A stretch of DNA of 64,000 nucleotides from an uncultured delta proteobacterium (lineage in GTDB: Bacteria > Bdellovibrionota > FAC87 > UBA2466). Positions 1-10,832 of the stretch are shown piece by piece; position 1 is the stretch's first letter, and each line of letters opens with the position of its first letter. The notes under the pieces were generated by a model, which was not told the DNA's origin, made no database searches, and saw nothing but the letters and a program-made list of their open reading frames with translations. The stretch is from assembly GCA_963778115.1 (NCBI GenBank), contig CAVZSV010000004.1, forward strand, positions 608,001-672,000, in the 5' to 3' direction. Made by a program: the position numbers and the translations under genes.

Positions 1-810
1 CATAGAGCAATGCGTCATGACTCTCATAAACTGATCGAAGAGTTCATGATTGCCGCCAATCGAGAGGTCGCCAAAAGACTACGCGAGACAAAAACACCAG
101 CCGTCTATCGGGTGCATGAAGCCCCAGAGCCCACCACCCTCGACGAGGTCAATATGCTGATGCGTCATCTAGGCATCTCTCATCGCATTCATGACTTAAA
201 CCCGAAATCTCTTTCTGGCCTGCTAGAAGCCACTAAATCGATCAAGGGCTCCAAGACACTACATAAGGCTATCCTGCGGCTTCAAAAGCAAGCCCGGTAC
301 ATGGCCGATCCGCATGGCCACTTTGGCTTGGCGCTACGTGACTACACCCACTTTACGTCACCCATCCGGCGTTATCCGGATCTCATTGTCCACCGTGCGT
401 TAAAAGGGCTCATCGCAGGCAAGCGAGACTCCGATAATAGATATGAAGAGAATTACTTTGAAGCGGTGGGTGCCGAATGTTCCGACCGGGAGCGTCGGGC
501 GATGGAGGCCGAAAGGTTCATCGTAAAAAGAAAACACTGCTGGTTCATGTTGAAGCATGTTGGGAAGGATTTTTCGGGGCAAGTGGCGGGGGTTACGGCA
601 AACGGTGCGTTCGTGGAGTTGCCGGAATTTGCCATTGAAGGATTTATCCCGCTCGACAAGATGGCCGGACGTTATGAATTTGATGAAAGTCGAGTCTGTT
701 TGCGACAACGTCCAGGAAAAAAGGTCGTCTCGCTGGGGGATTCGATAGCCATCACTGTAGCTGACGTGAGCCTTGAAGATAATGATATTACTTTTGCCGA
801 AAAGGGCTAA
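1..810 (+). CDS. rnr: Ribonuclease R, C-terminal part (RNB + S1); runs in from before the window
   Basis: LIEEFMIAAN, YRVHEAP, HFGLA..YTHFTSPIRRYPDL.VHR motifs; S1 domain (GAFVEL..IEGFI); frame open from base 1. Confidence 0.92.
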   Translation, partial: HRAMRHDSHKLIEEFMIAANREVAKRLRETKTPAVYRVHEAPEPTTLDEVNMLMRHLGISHRIHDLNPKSLSGLLEATKSIKGSKTLHKAILRLQKQARYMADPHGHFGLALRDYTHFTSPIRRYPDLIVHRALKGLIAGKRDSDNRYEENYFEAVGAECSDRERRAMEAERFIVKRKHCWFMLKHVGKDFSGQVAGVTANGAFVELPEFAIEGFIPLDKMAGRYEFDESRVCLRQRPGKKVVSLGDSIAITVADVSLEDNDITFAEKG

Positions 811-816
811 TGCCTA

Positions 817-2495
817 ATGAAAGTTTTCTCCACAGCGACCAATATCACTCAGGCGTTTAAAAACGCGGGCCGCGTGCGCGAAATCTTAGGAATATTGGGA
901 AAGCACGGATTTGCCGACCTCTTACATCGGATGAAACTGACTCGGTTTCTTCCGCAAAAATATTCGGATAACCCTGGTTACCAACAGCTTCCGGTTCCCG
1001 TACGATTAAGACTCAGCTTTGAAGAGCTGGGACCCGCCTTCGTGAAATTGGGCCAACTCCTTGCTACCCGACCCGATTCGTTGCCCGAAGAATTCACCGA
1101 CGAATTCGAAAAGCTTCAAGACAACGTATCTAGTGTTCCCTTCCCTGAGATTAAAGCTCTCATCGAAGCGGAAACCAAAGCTCCCCTGGAACATACCTTC
1201 GCTGAGTTTGACCCGACGCCCATCGCAGCCGCCAGTATTGCGCAAGTGCACGGGGCGATCCTAAAGACTGGGGAACGGGTAGCGGTCAAAATTCAACGGC
1301 CGGGAATTGAACGTATTATTACCAATGACGTTTCCATTTTACGAGGGTTAGCGCTGCTTCTGGAGAAATATGTTCCCGAAACGGAGGTCTTAAATCCTTC
1401 GGGTTTGGTTGAAGAGTTCTTCAAAACCATTCTCTTTGAACTCGATTTTCGGGTCGAAGCAAATAATATCCGCCGCATTAAGAAAAATCTCTCGTCCCTC
1501 CCCCGAATCGCTGTCCCTCAAGTTTTTAGCCATTGCAGCACGAGTCATATTCTTGTGCTCGAAAGATTTGATGGGGTTAGATTTTCCGATCGCGAAGCCA
1601 TACAGAAACAGGGAATTGATCCGAGCGAAATAGTACGATTGGGAACCGACGCTTTCTTTCACATGGTCATGGTAGATGGCCTTTTTCATGGAGATCTGCA
1701 TGGAGGAAATCTTTTCGTATTGACCGATGGAAAGATTGGAATGGTCGATTTCGGAATCGTAGGACGTCTTAGCAAACGAGTCCAAGACAGTATCATCATC
1801 ATGTTCACTGCCATCATCGACGAAGACTTTGAATCGTTGGCTTCAGAATACATAAACTTGTGCCAAGTCACAGGCCCCATCGACTACAGCTTACTTCAAA
1901 AAGACTTGATGGATTCCATCTCCCCTTACATCGGAATGGCTTTGGGGAAGTCAATATCGGTCGAATTTTGCTTCGCTCTACTTCTATTGCTACTCGCCAC
2001 CACCTAAAAGTTCCTCGCGAGCTCATGCTTTTATTCCGCGCTATTCTGACGATAGAAGCGTTGGGAAAGAAATTAGATCCGTCATTCGATCTTTTGCCCG
2101 TAGGAATTAATCTGGCGCGGCAAACTTTGGCCACTCGCTATAGTAAAGAGCGCGTCATGCACGACCTAATCGTAGTGGGAAGGGATCTTCAGAGTTTACT
2201 TGAAACAACGCCCCGACTTCTCAAGCGCAGCATGCACAAGTGGGCGCAAAACGGCTTTGCCATCGAAACCAAGAGCAAAGATGTAGAGGCTTTGTCCCAC
2301 TCCATTCGGCAGTCAAATTATATAAAACTACTGTGCGTCTTTTCTCTGGGATGGTTCGCCTTGGGAATTACTTTCATCATATTGGACACAGGCCCGGAGT
2401 TCGCCGGTGTTCCGGTTAGCGCGTGGGTGTCGTTAACCGTGGCGATAGCTCCTTTGCTAAACGGATTATGGCGTTTCAGAAAACTTATAAAATAA
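817..2495 (+). CDS. ubiB: UbiB/AarF (ABC1) atypical kinase, split by a 1-nt frameshift at the G4 run 1944-1947
   Basis: FEELGPAFVKLGQLLATRPD, AAASIAQVH, VAVKIQRP, FHGDLHGGN, DFG; ORF 1860-2495 continues the family C-terminus (PRELMLLFRA..EALG..LDP, two TM helices); one extra G joins the two ORFs. Confidence 0.85.
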
Positions 2496-3286
2496 CGACG
2501 CATTTGTCAGCATTTCTGGCAGCGTTTTTCTCGTTCATAGCGTTGCCTCCTCATTCCGTATACGGCTGGGAATCCAAAATAGTAGTTACCGACATTCCCT
2601 CGCTAGAAGGGATGCCCGACGACAAAATGTATCAAGAGGTAAAGAAGATCATCGGAAATAATCCCGATGTCTTTCGCCGATCCGTTCGCCGCCTGGGCAA
2701 CCGGACCATCGAAATGCAAACGCTGCTTTCTACTGACGGCAGTTTTAAATATGTTTCCAGAATCTTATCTGATATCAAATCCATTCCAGATTGGGCATTG
2801 GAGAACATTAACGTCCCTCCTCCGGGCTCCGATTACAACTTCAAGATTTTGGGCGCTACCTTAGACCCGCAAGACCCTTCGGTGTTGGGATTTTCCTTTC
2901 GGTTGGATGTTCCCGTATTCAAGTATCAGGGATCGCGCAAGTTCAAACTAAAAGCAGACAAACGAAAAGATGTTTTTATCCTAAGTGGAGAAGCACTGCC
3001 TACCACCGATTCTGTCGTGGAGAGTGTAAGAACGACGATGAGGGTCTATCCCTCCGAGAAATCGTCGAATCGAGTTTGGATTGCAGCTTATGGCACCGTC
3101 GTCTTGCGGTCTTGGTTGCTTTACGAAGCGATGCCCGATCGCATGGTGGGGCGAGAATCTTCGAGCCGTATACAAAAACTCTTGGATAACTATCTCCGTC
3201 GCGAAGATAAGATCAGGGAAAAGGAAGAAAATCTCGATGCCCCTACCCCAATCGACGCCAACCTAGTGAAGAGCGATAAAAATTAA
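2423..3286 (+). CDS. Hypothetical exported protein (start uncertain)
   Basis: 287-aa ORF in operon position with a hydrophobic N-terminal segment. Confidence 0.6.
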   Translation: MGVVNRGDSSFAKRIMAFQKTYKITTHLSAFLAAFFSFIALPPHSVYGWESKIVVTDIPSLEGMPDDKMYQEVKKIIGNNPDVFRRSVRRLGNRTIEMQTLLSTDGSFKYVSRILSDIKSIPDWALENINVPPPGSDYNFKILGATLDPQDPSVLGFSFRLDVPVFKYQGSRKFKLKADKRKDVFILSGEALPTTDSVVESVRTTMRVYPSEKSSNRVWIAAYGTVVLRSWLLYEAMPDRMVGRESSSRIQKLLDNYLRREDKIREKEENLDAPTPIDANLVKSDKN

Positions 3287-3990
3287 AGGATGGGTAACGC
3301 AAGAAAGTAAAGAAGTGAAGCCGAAACTACGGGAATAGTAAAATTGTCGTCGATCGGTAACGGCAATATCTCAGCCAAAGTGCTAGCTACCCCACCCATC
3401 ACGGCAAACCAAATGGCCTTGTCGGCGGGCAAATTCATGTATGTCCTGGCAAAGATAAACGTAGTAACGACGGAAAGTACCGCGTTTGCCAACGCCCCTT
3501 CCAAACTTTTTTTCGCTAGGACTCCGGAAGTCCAAATCTTATGTTTCCCCCAACGAGTTCCCACAATCGCGGCGATAGGATCTCCCAAGCCCAAGAACAA
3601 AACAGCGAGTAGAGTGACCGGCTTTGGGAAGACCGCGGTCACCAGAGTAAGGCCGATCAGATAAAAGGAGTTGGCCGAGAGTTTCTTAAGTTCGTCGTCT
3701 CTCATGACGGAGCCGAAGATTCGTAAGGAGAGCTCTTTAAGGGCGGGGTTGCGGAGCCTGATAATATCGAGCCCTATGAAAGGAACTCCCACGAGGGTAA
3801 GTATCCAAAGCGCTTGGGTTCGGGTGAGAACAAAAGCGTAGAGAACAAAACAAAAAAGGCCCATCACGGCGTGGTAAAACTTACGTCCATAGTGGGGACG
3901 CGAACGATCTCTATTGCGAACTTGTGCTTCGACGACGGCCGCCTCGGTTCGGAAAACTTCAGAAAACGGAATCGCTAATGATTGCCTCAT
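3283..3990 (-). CDS. CTP-dependent polyprenol/diacylglycerol kinase family membrane protein
   Basis: RKFYH, GLGDPIAAIVG..WGKHK, KKSLEG, AE.LP..IDDNFTIP motifs; RBS GAAGGGG before ATG 3990. Confidence 0.85.
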   Translation of the reverse strand: MRQSLAIPFSEVFRTEAAVVEAQVRNRDRSRPHYGRKFYHAVMGLFCFVLYAFVLTRTQALWILTLVGVPFIGLDIIRLRNPALKELSLRIFGSVMRDDELKKLSANSFYLIGLTLVTAVFPKPVTLLAVLFLGLGDPIAAIVGTRWGKHKIWTSGVLAKKSLEGALANAVLSVVTTFIFARTYMNLPADKAIWFAVMGGVASTLAEILPLPIDDNFTIPVVSASLLYFLALPIL

Positions 3991-4324
3991 ATACCCCTTC
4001 AAAACGAGGGATAAGTAAGCAAGATTGATACCCACCCTAACCAAATCTGAACATTTAGCTAACTATCTAAAATTTATATATAAAGGCGCCTGGGTACGAA
4101 CGCTTCAAATCTAACCTTCGCGTAAGAAATTACGCGGGATCTTGCCTCAACCCAGAGAAGTACCTCCGTCCCCCTTTTTCTGAAAAAATTCCTTTTTATA
4201 ATCAACAACAAGATTCGACGCGTCATCATCGTGGGGGGTTTTGGAGGGCTGGGCAAAGATTTACGCACTTTCGATATGCTAAAATGGAACTCGCCTTACG
4301 TTCCCTCACTCCGGCGGAGCCTCC

Positions 4325-5548
4325 TTGAAGCATCGCATCAACATCCTTCCACCTCTGCTTATCCTCATTACGCTCGCCTTTTGCCAAAAATCGACCTGTT
4401 CCACCGTCACTTCGGCGGATCTCCAAAAAACCCTAAACGAAGCGACACTCGTGGCTCAAATCGACGTGATAAGTCTCGCGGGACATTCCGATCCCGTCCA
4501 ATACGCCTCCTTCGAAAGTCAGGCGACCGTACTCGCCATTGAGAGCACCAACGATGATGGCGGATGGCTTCCCCAACCGGGAGACTCGATTTCCATCATC
4601 GGGCCCGGCGGCGAATGGAACAACGTAGGCGTCATGATCTCAGGGTATCCCAGACCCTACGCCGGAAAAAAATATTTAGCTCACCTAAAACGCGTTTCCG
4701 GCAAGATCTTCACCACCGTCGGAGGAGATGACGGACTAGTCGATCTTTATCCAACTCATGACTATACCCGAAACCGAACGGATGGCATCAATGGGCAAGG
4801 GACCGGTCCCTTTCTTTTTTGGGATCCCACTTACTTTCCTATCCCCTACTTTATTTCCGAAACGACCTTTGCCGGCCATCCCGACTATGTCGCTGCCATC
4901 GATGAAAGTTTTAGAACCTGGCGGAACGTACAAGATATTATCGTCGAATTCTTACCATTGGGATGCACCTCCAAATCCCTCAGCCAAAACGACGGAGTAA
5001 ACTCAGTTTTATATATCACCCAGAACTGGCAATTTGATCCGTCCTTCATTGCGATAACCCGCAACTACTATATTGCCGGCACCGGTGGTCGTGCGGGAAT
5101 GATTCTTGATTCCGATATCATGTTAAACGCGCAAAACCACTCTTTCACCACCACCAATGAGCCAGGAAGTTTCGACGTCCAAGATATCGTAACTCACGAA
5201 GCCGGCCACTTTCTGGGACTGGGGCACGATACGGTCCCTCCCATCGATCCCGACGCCACTATGTTTGCCGCCGCCGCACCCAATGAAACCATAAAGCGGA
5301 CTTTGCATGCCGATGATCTGGCGGGCATCCACGCGGGATACGGCGGTGTAGGAAAAAAGATTACCCCCTTACCCATCCCAAGTTGCACATTTGCGGATCA
5401 AAAATACGGCTGTTCGGCGGTACACTCCACGAGCCGAGGATTGAGTAGTCTATGGTACGCGCTAGTTTATGTGGCACTACTCTTAACGTTGGGTCGAATA
5501 GTAATGTGGCGAATGTCTCTCACTTCAAATGCTTCATCTCCGCCTTAG
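4325..5548 (+). CDS. Matrixin (M10) family zinc metalloprotease, exported, C-terminal TM anchor
   Basis: HEAGHFLGLGH zinc motif, downstream ATM Met-turn, DSDIMLN, LHADDLAG. Confidence 0.85.
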   Translation: MKHRINILPPLLILITLAFCQKSTCSTVTSADLQKTLNEATLVAQIDVISLAGHSDPVQYASFESQATVLAIESTNDDGGWLPQPGDSISIIGPGGEWNNVGVMISGYPRPYAGKKYLAHLKRVSGKIFTTVGGDDGLVDLYPTHDYTRNRTDGINGQGTGPFLFWDPTYFPIPYFISETTFAGHPDYVAAIDESFRTWRNVQDIIVEFLPLGCTSKSLSQNDGVNSVLYITQNWQFDPSFIAITRNYYIAGTGGRAGMILDSDIMLNAQNHSFTTTNEPGSFDVQDIVTHEAGHFLGLGHDTVPPIDPDATMFAAAAPNETIKRTLHADDLAGIHAGYGGVGKKITPLPIPSCTFADQKYGCSAVHSTSRGLSSLWYALVYVALLLTLGRIVMWRMSLTSNASSPP

Positions 5549-6227
5549 CCTTCTTGGCCAGCGGACTCTTCGGAAATCTCTCTACTAGCTCTTGATAAAA
5601 TAACTTCGCCTCTTTGGATTTTCCCAAACTCTTAAAACAGTTCGCCTGACGATAGATAGCTTGAGGAACAAGGGAATCTTTCGCATAATTTTTCTTGAAC
5701 TCGGAAAATTCGAGGGCCGCCGATGCATATTCTTTATCGGCATAGAAAGATTCCCCTAGCCAAAAAAGCGCTTTCTTCGAATCGTCGTTTTTCGTTTTCT
5801 GCTGACTCACCGCGCGAAATACCTCTTCGGCGTCCTCATACTTTCCGTCATCATATAGCTTTTTGCCCCGGTCAAATGTTGCCGTCGCTCGTTCTGTCGC
5901 CTTCTGTTTTTCGGAGTTATCTTCGGCCACTGCGCGGTTTTCGAGCGCTTGGACTCGAGAAGAGAGTGCAGCAATCTCTTTACGAAGCTCGTCCTCCTGT
6001 TGCTTCGTCGCCTGAGCCCGCTCTTCAATCAGATTATTGGTCTTAGATATTTCAAGCTTAAACTCTTCGCTCAAATTATCCATATCCGCGTGTTCCGTCT
6101 TCACCTGACTGACATCTTGTTGCAACCTCTGTAGTTCCTGCTCGCGGCGTATGTCGCTCTTGGTTTGACAGCCGGGAAGTAAAGTCGCCGTCGCAATAAG
6201 AAGTAAGGATATTTGGATAGGTTTCAT
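5520..6227 (-). CDS. cpoB: Tol-Pal coordinator CpoB/YbgF-like lipoprotein (coiled coil + TPR)
   Basis: Lipobox LPGC, coiled coil, TPRs (ALFWLGESFY, ELVERFPKS); downstream of pal. Confidence 0.85.
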   Translation of the reverse strand: MKPIQISLLLIATATLLPGCQTKSDIRREQELQRLQQDVSQVKTEHADMDNLSEEFKLEISKTNNLIEERAQATKQQEDELRKEIAALSSRVQALENRAVAEDNSEKQKATERATATFDRGKKLYDDGKYEDAEEVFRAVSQQKTKNDDSKKALFWLGESFYADKEYASAALEFSEFKKNYAKDSLVPQAIYRQANCFKSLGKSKEAKLFYQELVERFPKSPLAKKAKAEMKHLK

Positions 6228-6592
6228 GGTTCAGCGGCCGGTGGTGGGGCTCCCTCTGGAGGAGGAGCCGCATCTTCGCCGGCAGGTTTGTCCTTGAGTT
6301 GGGTTTGTTTCAGCAACGAATGGTATTCTGCCTGCTCGGCCAGCATTCTTGCATCATTCGCATTCTTTCGACAGGAATCGAAGTACCCATCGGTGAAATC
6401 TTTTTTTGCCCGTAAGTAGTGATTCTCCGCTTTCCTAAAAAGGTCTGGCGCTAAAGAATCAGCCTTAACTTTTTGAGCCGCTCGGACCGCCACATCAGCT
6501 AATACGAGGTCTTCAATAGGACGGGGGTGACAACCCAAAAGGGTTATCACCCCCAAAGTACTAGTAATAGATAATAGGAGCTTTCGAAGCAT
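6224..6592 (-). CDS. DUF4398-like lipoprotein
   Basis: Lipobox LLGC, helical AQKVKADSLAPDLFRKAE...AEQAE pattern; between pal and cpoB. Confidence 0.6.
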   Translation of the reverse strand: MLRKLLLSITSTLGVITLLGCHPRPIEDLVLADVAVRAAQKVKADSLAPDLFRKAENHYLRAKKDFTDGYFDSCRKNANDARMLAEQAEYHSLLKQTQLKDKPAGEDAAPPPEGAPPPAAEP

Positions 6593-6597
6593 CCGCC

Positions 6598-7119
6598 CTA
6601 GCGAGATAAAATGACGAAAGCCGCACGGCGATTTTTCGCCCATGCCGATTCATCGTGACCAGGATCTGCAGGCCGCTCTTTGCCATAACTAATCGTCGAT
6701 AAACGAGACTTTTCGACTCCCAATCGAATCAAATAGTTTTTGGCAGCATTCGCCCGACGCTCTCCTAAAGCCAAGTTGTACTCCGTAGTACCGCGCTCAT
6801 CGCAGTGTCCTTCGATTTGGACTGTTGCATTAGGATTAGACTTCAACCAATCCGCATCGGTCTTCAAAGCCGATTTTGCCGATCCGTTGATCTTATAACT
6901 GTCGAAATCGAAGTAGGCTGTCTGCAGATCGCCAGAGTCCGCTTGAGAGCCGGCATTGCCGTTTCCTGTGTCGGCCGCTCCGCCCGTATCCCCTGAAGGG
7001 TTGATGAGCGGTTCATCTTGCTTCACATCTTTTTTGCTGCAAGAAGAAAGTACCAACACCGCACACAAAGTAAAAACCGATATCGCGGGCCATCGAAAAT
7101 AACGCAAAACGCTCTTCAT
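6598..7119 (-). CDS. pal: Peptidoglycan-associated lipoprotein
   Basis: Lipobox LSSC; YFDFD, IEGHCDERGTTEYNLALGERRA, ISYGKERP, WAKNRRA. Confidence 0.96.
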   Translation of the reverse strand: MKSVLRYFRWPAISVFTLCAVLVLSSCSKKDVKQDEPLINPSGDTGGAADTGNGNAGSQADSGDLQTAYFDFDSYKINGSAKSALKTDADWLKSNPNATVQIEGHCDERGTTEYNLALGERRANAAKNYLIRLGVEKSRLSTISYGKERPADPGHDESAWAKNRRAAFVILSR

Positions 7120-7342
7120 TAGAATCGCTCCTTATTATGCTCCCTCTAGTGAGGGCCTTCACCGTTTCCACGGTGCAAAGGGAAAAAGTACCCAAAGTTC
7201 CGTGATAATAAAACACTATTTTCATTGAATTTCAACGATACCCTGAGCGAAATGGAGCAATCGGGTTGCAATCCGAGTATTCCCGGCAGGGCCGGCGCAA
7301 TTTTTTGACCTATACAGACCCCATCTATTATGATGTCGCGAC

Positions 7343-10195
7343 ATGCGCTTTTTCCGACTTCCGACTCTATTGCTGCTCCCGCTTTTTCTTTGTTCCGGCG
7401 TTACTAAAGCAGACGTTGCCTACATCACGTTCCCCTCGGATGTGGACTGGGTCACCAGAGAGACTCCTCACTTTACCGCTGTGTACCGAAGGGGAGAGGA
7501 CGATTTAGCGTTCCGCTGCCTAAAGGCCGCTGAGCGCGCCTATCAACTGATCTCGCCCATCTTTCCACCGGGTCCCCAGAAGACATGGATGGTGCTAGCG
7601 GATTTCCAAGACTCCACCAATGGGTACTCTTTAGATCTCCCGTACCCCCATATCGTCATATTCGTTTCCCCACCCGAAGCAACCGGGCAATTGGCCCCCT
7701 TAGACGACTGGTTGGATTCAGTCATCCTGCATGAATATGTCCACACCTTACATATCTATCCTGCTAGCGGTCTATGGCGCGCGATGCGCGCCGTTTTCGG
7801 AAGCTGGGTTATCCCAAACGGACTAATGCCCAGCCATTTTCACGAAGGAATAGCTGTTCTGTTAGAGACGGATAAGACTCAAGGAGGACGGGGACGGGGG
7901 TCTGACTTTGCTATGTACCGCCGGATGGCGGTCGATTCAAAGGTATGGGGAACCACTGATTTTTTTTCGCGGGACCAAATGGATGGCTCGGTGAGTCGTT
8001 GGCCCTTTGGAACTACCGCCTATTTTTTCGGATATGAGCTTTACCGTGAACTTTGGAGCCGAAAAGGAGCTCAAGGGATTTACGAGCTCACTTCAAAATT
8101 TAGTTCGAATTGGCCGTTCTATATTAACGGCCCGCTGGAAGATGTTTATGGAACCGACTCCAAAACATTGTGGGCGGATATTTTCCGAAAAACGACTGCG
8201 GAGAGCGAAAAGGAAATTGCGAAAATAAAATCCGAGCCTTTATCCGCACAAAAGCTTCTAACCACGGACAAGTTCTTAAAGTGGGACCTCACTTTATCTC
8301 CCGACGCTTCCCAAGTAGTCTTCCGGCGTTACAACCCTACCGATGGAGGAGCCTTAGAGATCTTCGATCGTAAGTCGGGCAAACGCAAAAGACTATCGGA
8401 CATGGGGGGATCTGCCGAGGGAATGTGCTGGGTACATCCTTTGGATAAAGATCTTCTTTTATTCGTCGAGCCTTTTTCCGTAAACGGATATAGCACCAAC
8501 GTTCTAAGGTGGATGCCCGTCTCCGGGGGAGGCGGCAAAAAAGGCTTTGAAGACAAAGAAGCGAGAATTGCTCATGTCCACCAATTGGGATGTGATCCGA
8601 AAGCAAACCGCCTGCTAGTTTATCAAGAGCTTGCGGGAAAAGGGGCTGTGCGAGAACTCATCGTCGATTGGAATACCAAGACTCCGCAACTTAGAGTCTC
8701 CCGCGAGTGGAAGTTACCCGTTGGCAGCTGGGTGACTTCTCTTCTCATTGACGGAAAGACGGATTGGATTTTACTCCGCAAAGGCCTTAACACTAGATTG
8801 TATCGATGGAACGAGGGGACCGCCGAGCCTCAAAAAATGGGAGCTGCAGAAGGCCACATCTTCAATCTAAAGAAAGGGGCGACTCCTGGCGAATTATTAG
8901 CGATCGCAAACTTCGAAGGCCGTAACGAAATTTGGAAACTTCCCACCGGATTAAAGGACGCTTCCAAACGTGTTGCTCTTCTTGGGGGAGTTAATTCTTT
9001 CGATGATTCCGGGTCGACGATTATCATGTCTAGCTACTCGCACGGGGGATTCGATTTTGCCGAAACACAGAAGCAGAATCTAAAAACATACCCAACACCC
9101 GAACGATATAGCGAGGATTCCCAGGCCACGGAAGAAAAGCCCACGATTTCACCCCAAAAAGAGTATAGCGCTTGGGGAACCTTGAAACCAACGACATGGA
9201 TTCCTTCGATCCTGTTCGTGCCCAACGGCGTTCAGTTTGGTGTTTGGATTCCAGGGTTCGATATCGCTCAGAAGCATCTGTACAATGTCATTGGCGGCTA
9301 CGATACCCGAGGGCTTCCCTTTGCGGACGTCAATTATACCTACCGTTTCTGGCAGGCGGCCTCGTTCGACGCCGAAGTATTTTATCTTCCCAGTTACATC
9401 ATCGATACGCAGACTTTCTTTCAAAGATGGGGCGGGGATTTTGGAATTTCGGACCAGTTTGCACAATGGCTGCCGACCTTGCAGCTCAGCATGATTTACC
9501 GACGAGTCGAGAGTATCTCCGGGCTTCCGGGAAAGGTCTCCGTCGGTTTCCAACTAACCGCAAGTAAGAGTTGGAACGTAAAACGGCGTCCGCTTTCCAT
9601 TTCCAATATCAGCGGAACCACAGTTTCAATAAGTCAGGCCCAGTATCTTACCGCAATGGGCAGCAGCGACGGTTATTTCTCCACCATTGCGTCCCTCGAT
9701 CAATATCTCGAAATTCCGTGGTGGAGAGAGCACGTGTTATACGCGGCAGCACGACTAGGCTATACGTGGGGGACCGTCGCTTACAATAATTATTTTGATG
9801 CGGGGGGCGAACTTATCTTTTCCCAACAACGTGGAACCTTTCTTAATCGCGGCTTCCTACCGCAGACTTTTCTGGCTCGAAGAATCTTCAATTTGAATCT
9901 CGAATACCGATTTCCTATCGCTACCATCGAGCGCGGGGTGAATTATTTACCCGCAAAATTGCGACAACTTCATTTTGCCGCTATTACTGATTTTACCAGT
10001 GTGGATTCGCTAGTCTTTAATACCGCCGAAAATCAACTCTTTAAGATTTACTATACGAGTATTGGAGGAGAGCTACGAAGCGAGTGGACTTTCGGCTCCT
10101 ATCTTCCCACTACCCTTCGAATTGGCATCTATCACGGTTTCGGTCCTTATGGACAAAACATCTACGGGGTCTTCGGAGTCGAATCGCAATTATAA
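7343..10195 (+). CDS. Outer-membrane protein: N-terminal HExxH peptidase-like domain + beta-propeller + Omp85-like barrel
   Basis: Signal peptide; HEYVH then HEGIA; LSPDASQVVF propeller repeat; C-terminal RGF...NLEYRFP..GGELR barrel motifs. Confidence 0.7.
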   Translation: MRFFRLPTLLLLPLFLCSGVTKADVAYITFPSDVDWVTRETPHFTAVYRRGEDDLAFRCLKAAERAYQLISPIFPPGPQKTWMVLADFQDSTNGYSLDLPYPHIVIFVSPPEATGQLAPLDDWLDSVILHEYVHTLHIYPASGLWRAMRAVFGSWVIPNGLMPSHFHEGIAVLLETDKTQGGRGRGSDFAMYRRMAVDSKVWGTTDFFSRDQMDGSVSRWPFGTTAYFFGYELYRELWSRKGAQGIYELTSKFSSNWPFYINGPLEDVYGTDSKTLWADIFRKTTAESEKEIAKIKSEPLSAQKLLTTDKFLKWDLTLSPDASQVVFRRYNPTDGGALEIFDRKSGKRKRLSDMGGSAEGMCWVHPLDKDLLLFVEPFSVNGYSTNVLRWMPVSGGGGKKGFEDKEARIAHVHQLGCDPKANRLLVYQELAGKGAVRELIVDWNTKTPQLRVSREWKLPVGSWVTSLLIDGKTDWILLRKGLNTRLYRWNEGTAEPQKMGAAEGHIFNLKKGATPGELLAIANFEGRNEIWKLPTGLKDASKRVALLGGVNSFDDSGSTIIMSSYSHGGFDFAETQKQNLKTYPTPERYSEDSQATEEKPTISPQKEYSAWGTLKPTTWIPSILFVPNGVQFGVWIPGFDIAQKHLYNVIGGYDTRGLPFADVNYTYRFWQAASFDAEVFYLPSYIIDTQTFFQRWGGDFGISDQFAQWLPTLQLSMIYRRVESISGLPGKVSVGFQLTASKSWNVKRRPLSISNISGTTVSISQAQYLTAMGSSDGYFSTIASLDQYLEIPWWREHVLYAAARLGYTWGTVAYNNYFDAGGELIFSQQRGTFLNRGFLPQTFLARRIFNLNLEYRFPIATIERGVNYLPAKLRQLHFAAITDFTSVDSLVFNTAENQLFKIYYTSIGGELRSEWTFGSYLPTTLRIGIYHGFGPYGQNIYGVFGVESQL

Positions 10196-10205
10196 GAGGT
10201 TCTCG

Positions 10206-10832
10206 ATGAAACACCAATTCACTCTCTACCAAGGAAAGAAGTCGAGCTCTTCATGGCGATTGCGCCTAGCTCTGGCTCTGAAGGGACTGCCGTTCGATTC
10301 TATTATTATAGATACGTCTGCAGGCGACACCTCCAAACAGATATATTTGGAGTTAAATCCCATGGGGCAAATTCCTTGTCTCGTTGTGGATGGATACCCT
10401 CTAAGTGAGTCATTGGCGTGTATAGAATGGTTGGATGAAACTTACCCCGACCCTCCTCTATACCCCAAACTTCCTTTGGACCGTGCCAAAGTACGTCAGC
10501 TGGCACTTCTCGTTGTGTCTGGAATCCAACCACTACAGTCGGGAGGAGTTTCAAAGTTCCATTCTCCCGATGAAAAGGAAAGGCTTAAGTGGGCACAGCA
10601 CTGGATCACTCGAGGCCTAAACAGTTACGAGAGTCTCGTCTCGCGAACCATGAGAAGTTTTAGTTTCCAAGATACTATTACCACGGCCGATCTTTGTCTT
10701 ATTCCTCAAGTGGGAAACGCCGAACGCTACGGTGTCTCAGTAGCAAAATGGCCGCGCATCCAAAAAATCGTACACCATTTTAAAAGCCATCCGGTCTACG
10801 CCAAATCCGAGCCACCGACTCATGGTTCATAA
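10206..10832 (+). CDS. maiA: Maleylacetoacetate isomerase / GST zeta
   Basis: SSSSWRLRLALALKGL, LNPMGQIPCL, SESLACIEWLDE, SGIQPLQ, TADLCLIPQV.NA.RY. Confidence 0.85.
   Translation: MKHQFTLYQGKKSSSSWRLRLALALKGLPFDSIIIDTSAGDTSKQIYLELNPMGQIPCLVVDGYPLSESLACIEWLDETYPDPPLYPKLPLDRAKVRQLALLVVSGIQPLQSGGVSKFHSPDEKERLKWAQHWITRGLNSYESLVSRTMRSFSFQDTITTADLCLIPQVGNAERYGVSVAKWPRIQKIVHHFKSHPVYAKSEPPTHGS

Noticed and set aside
1940..1950. Programmed frameshift or phase variation in ubiB
   Set aside because: The run is only G4 with no clear slippery heptamer; a homopolymer sequencing error or recent indel is simpler.
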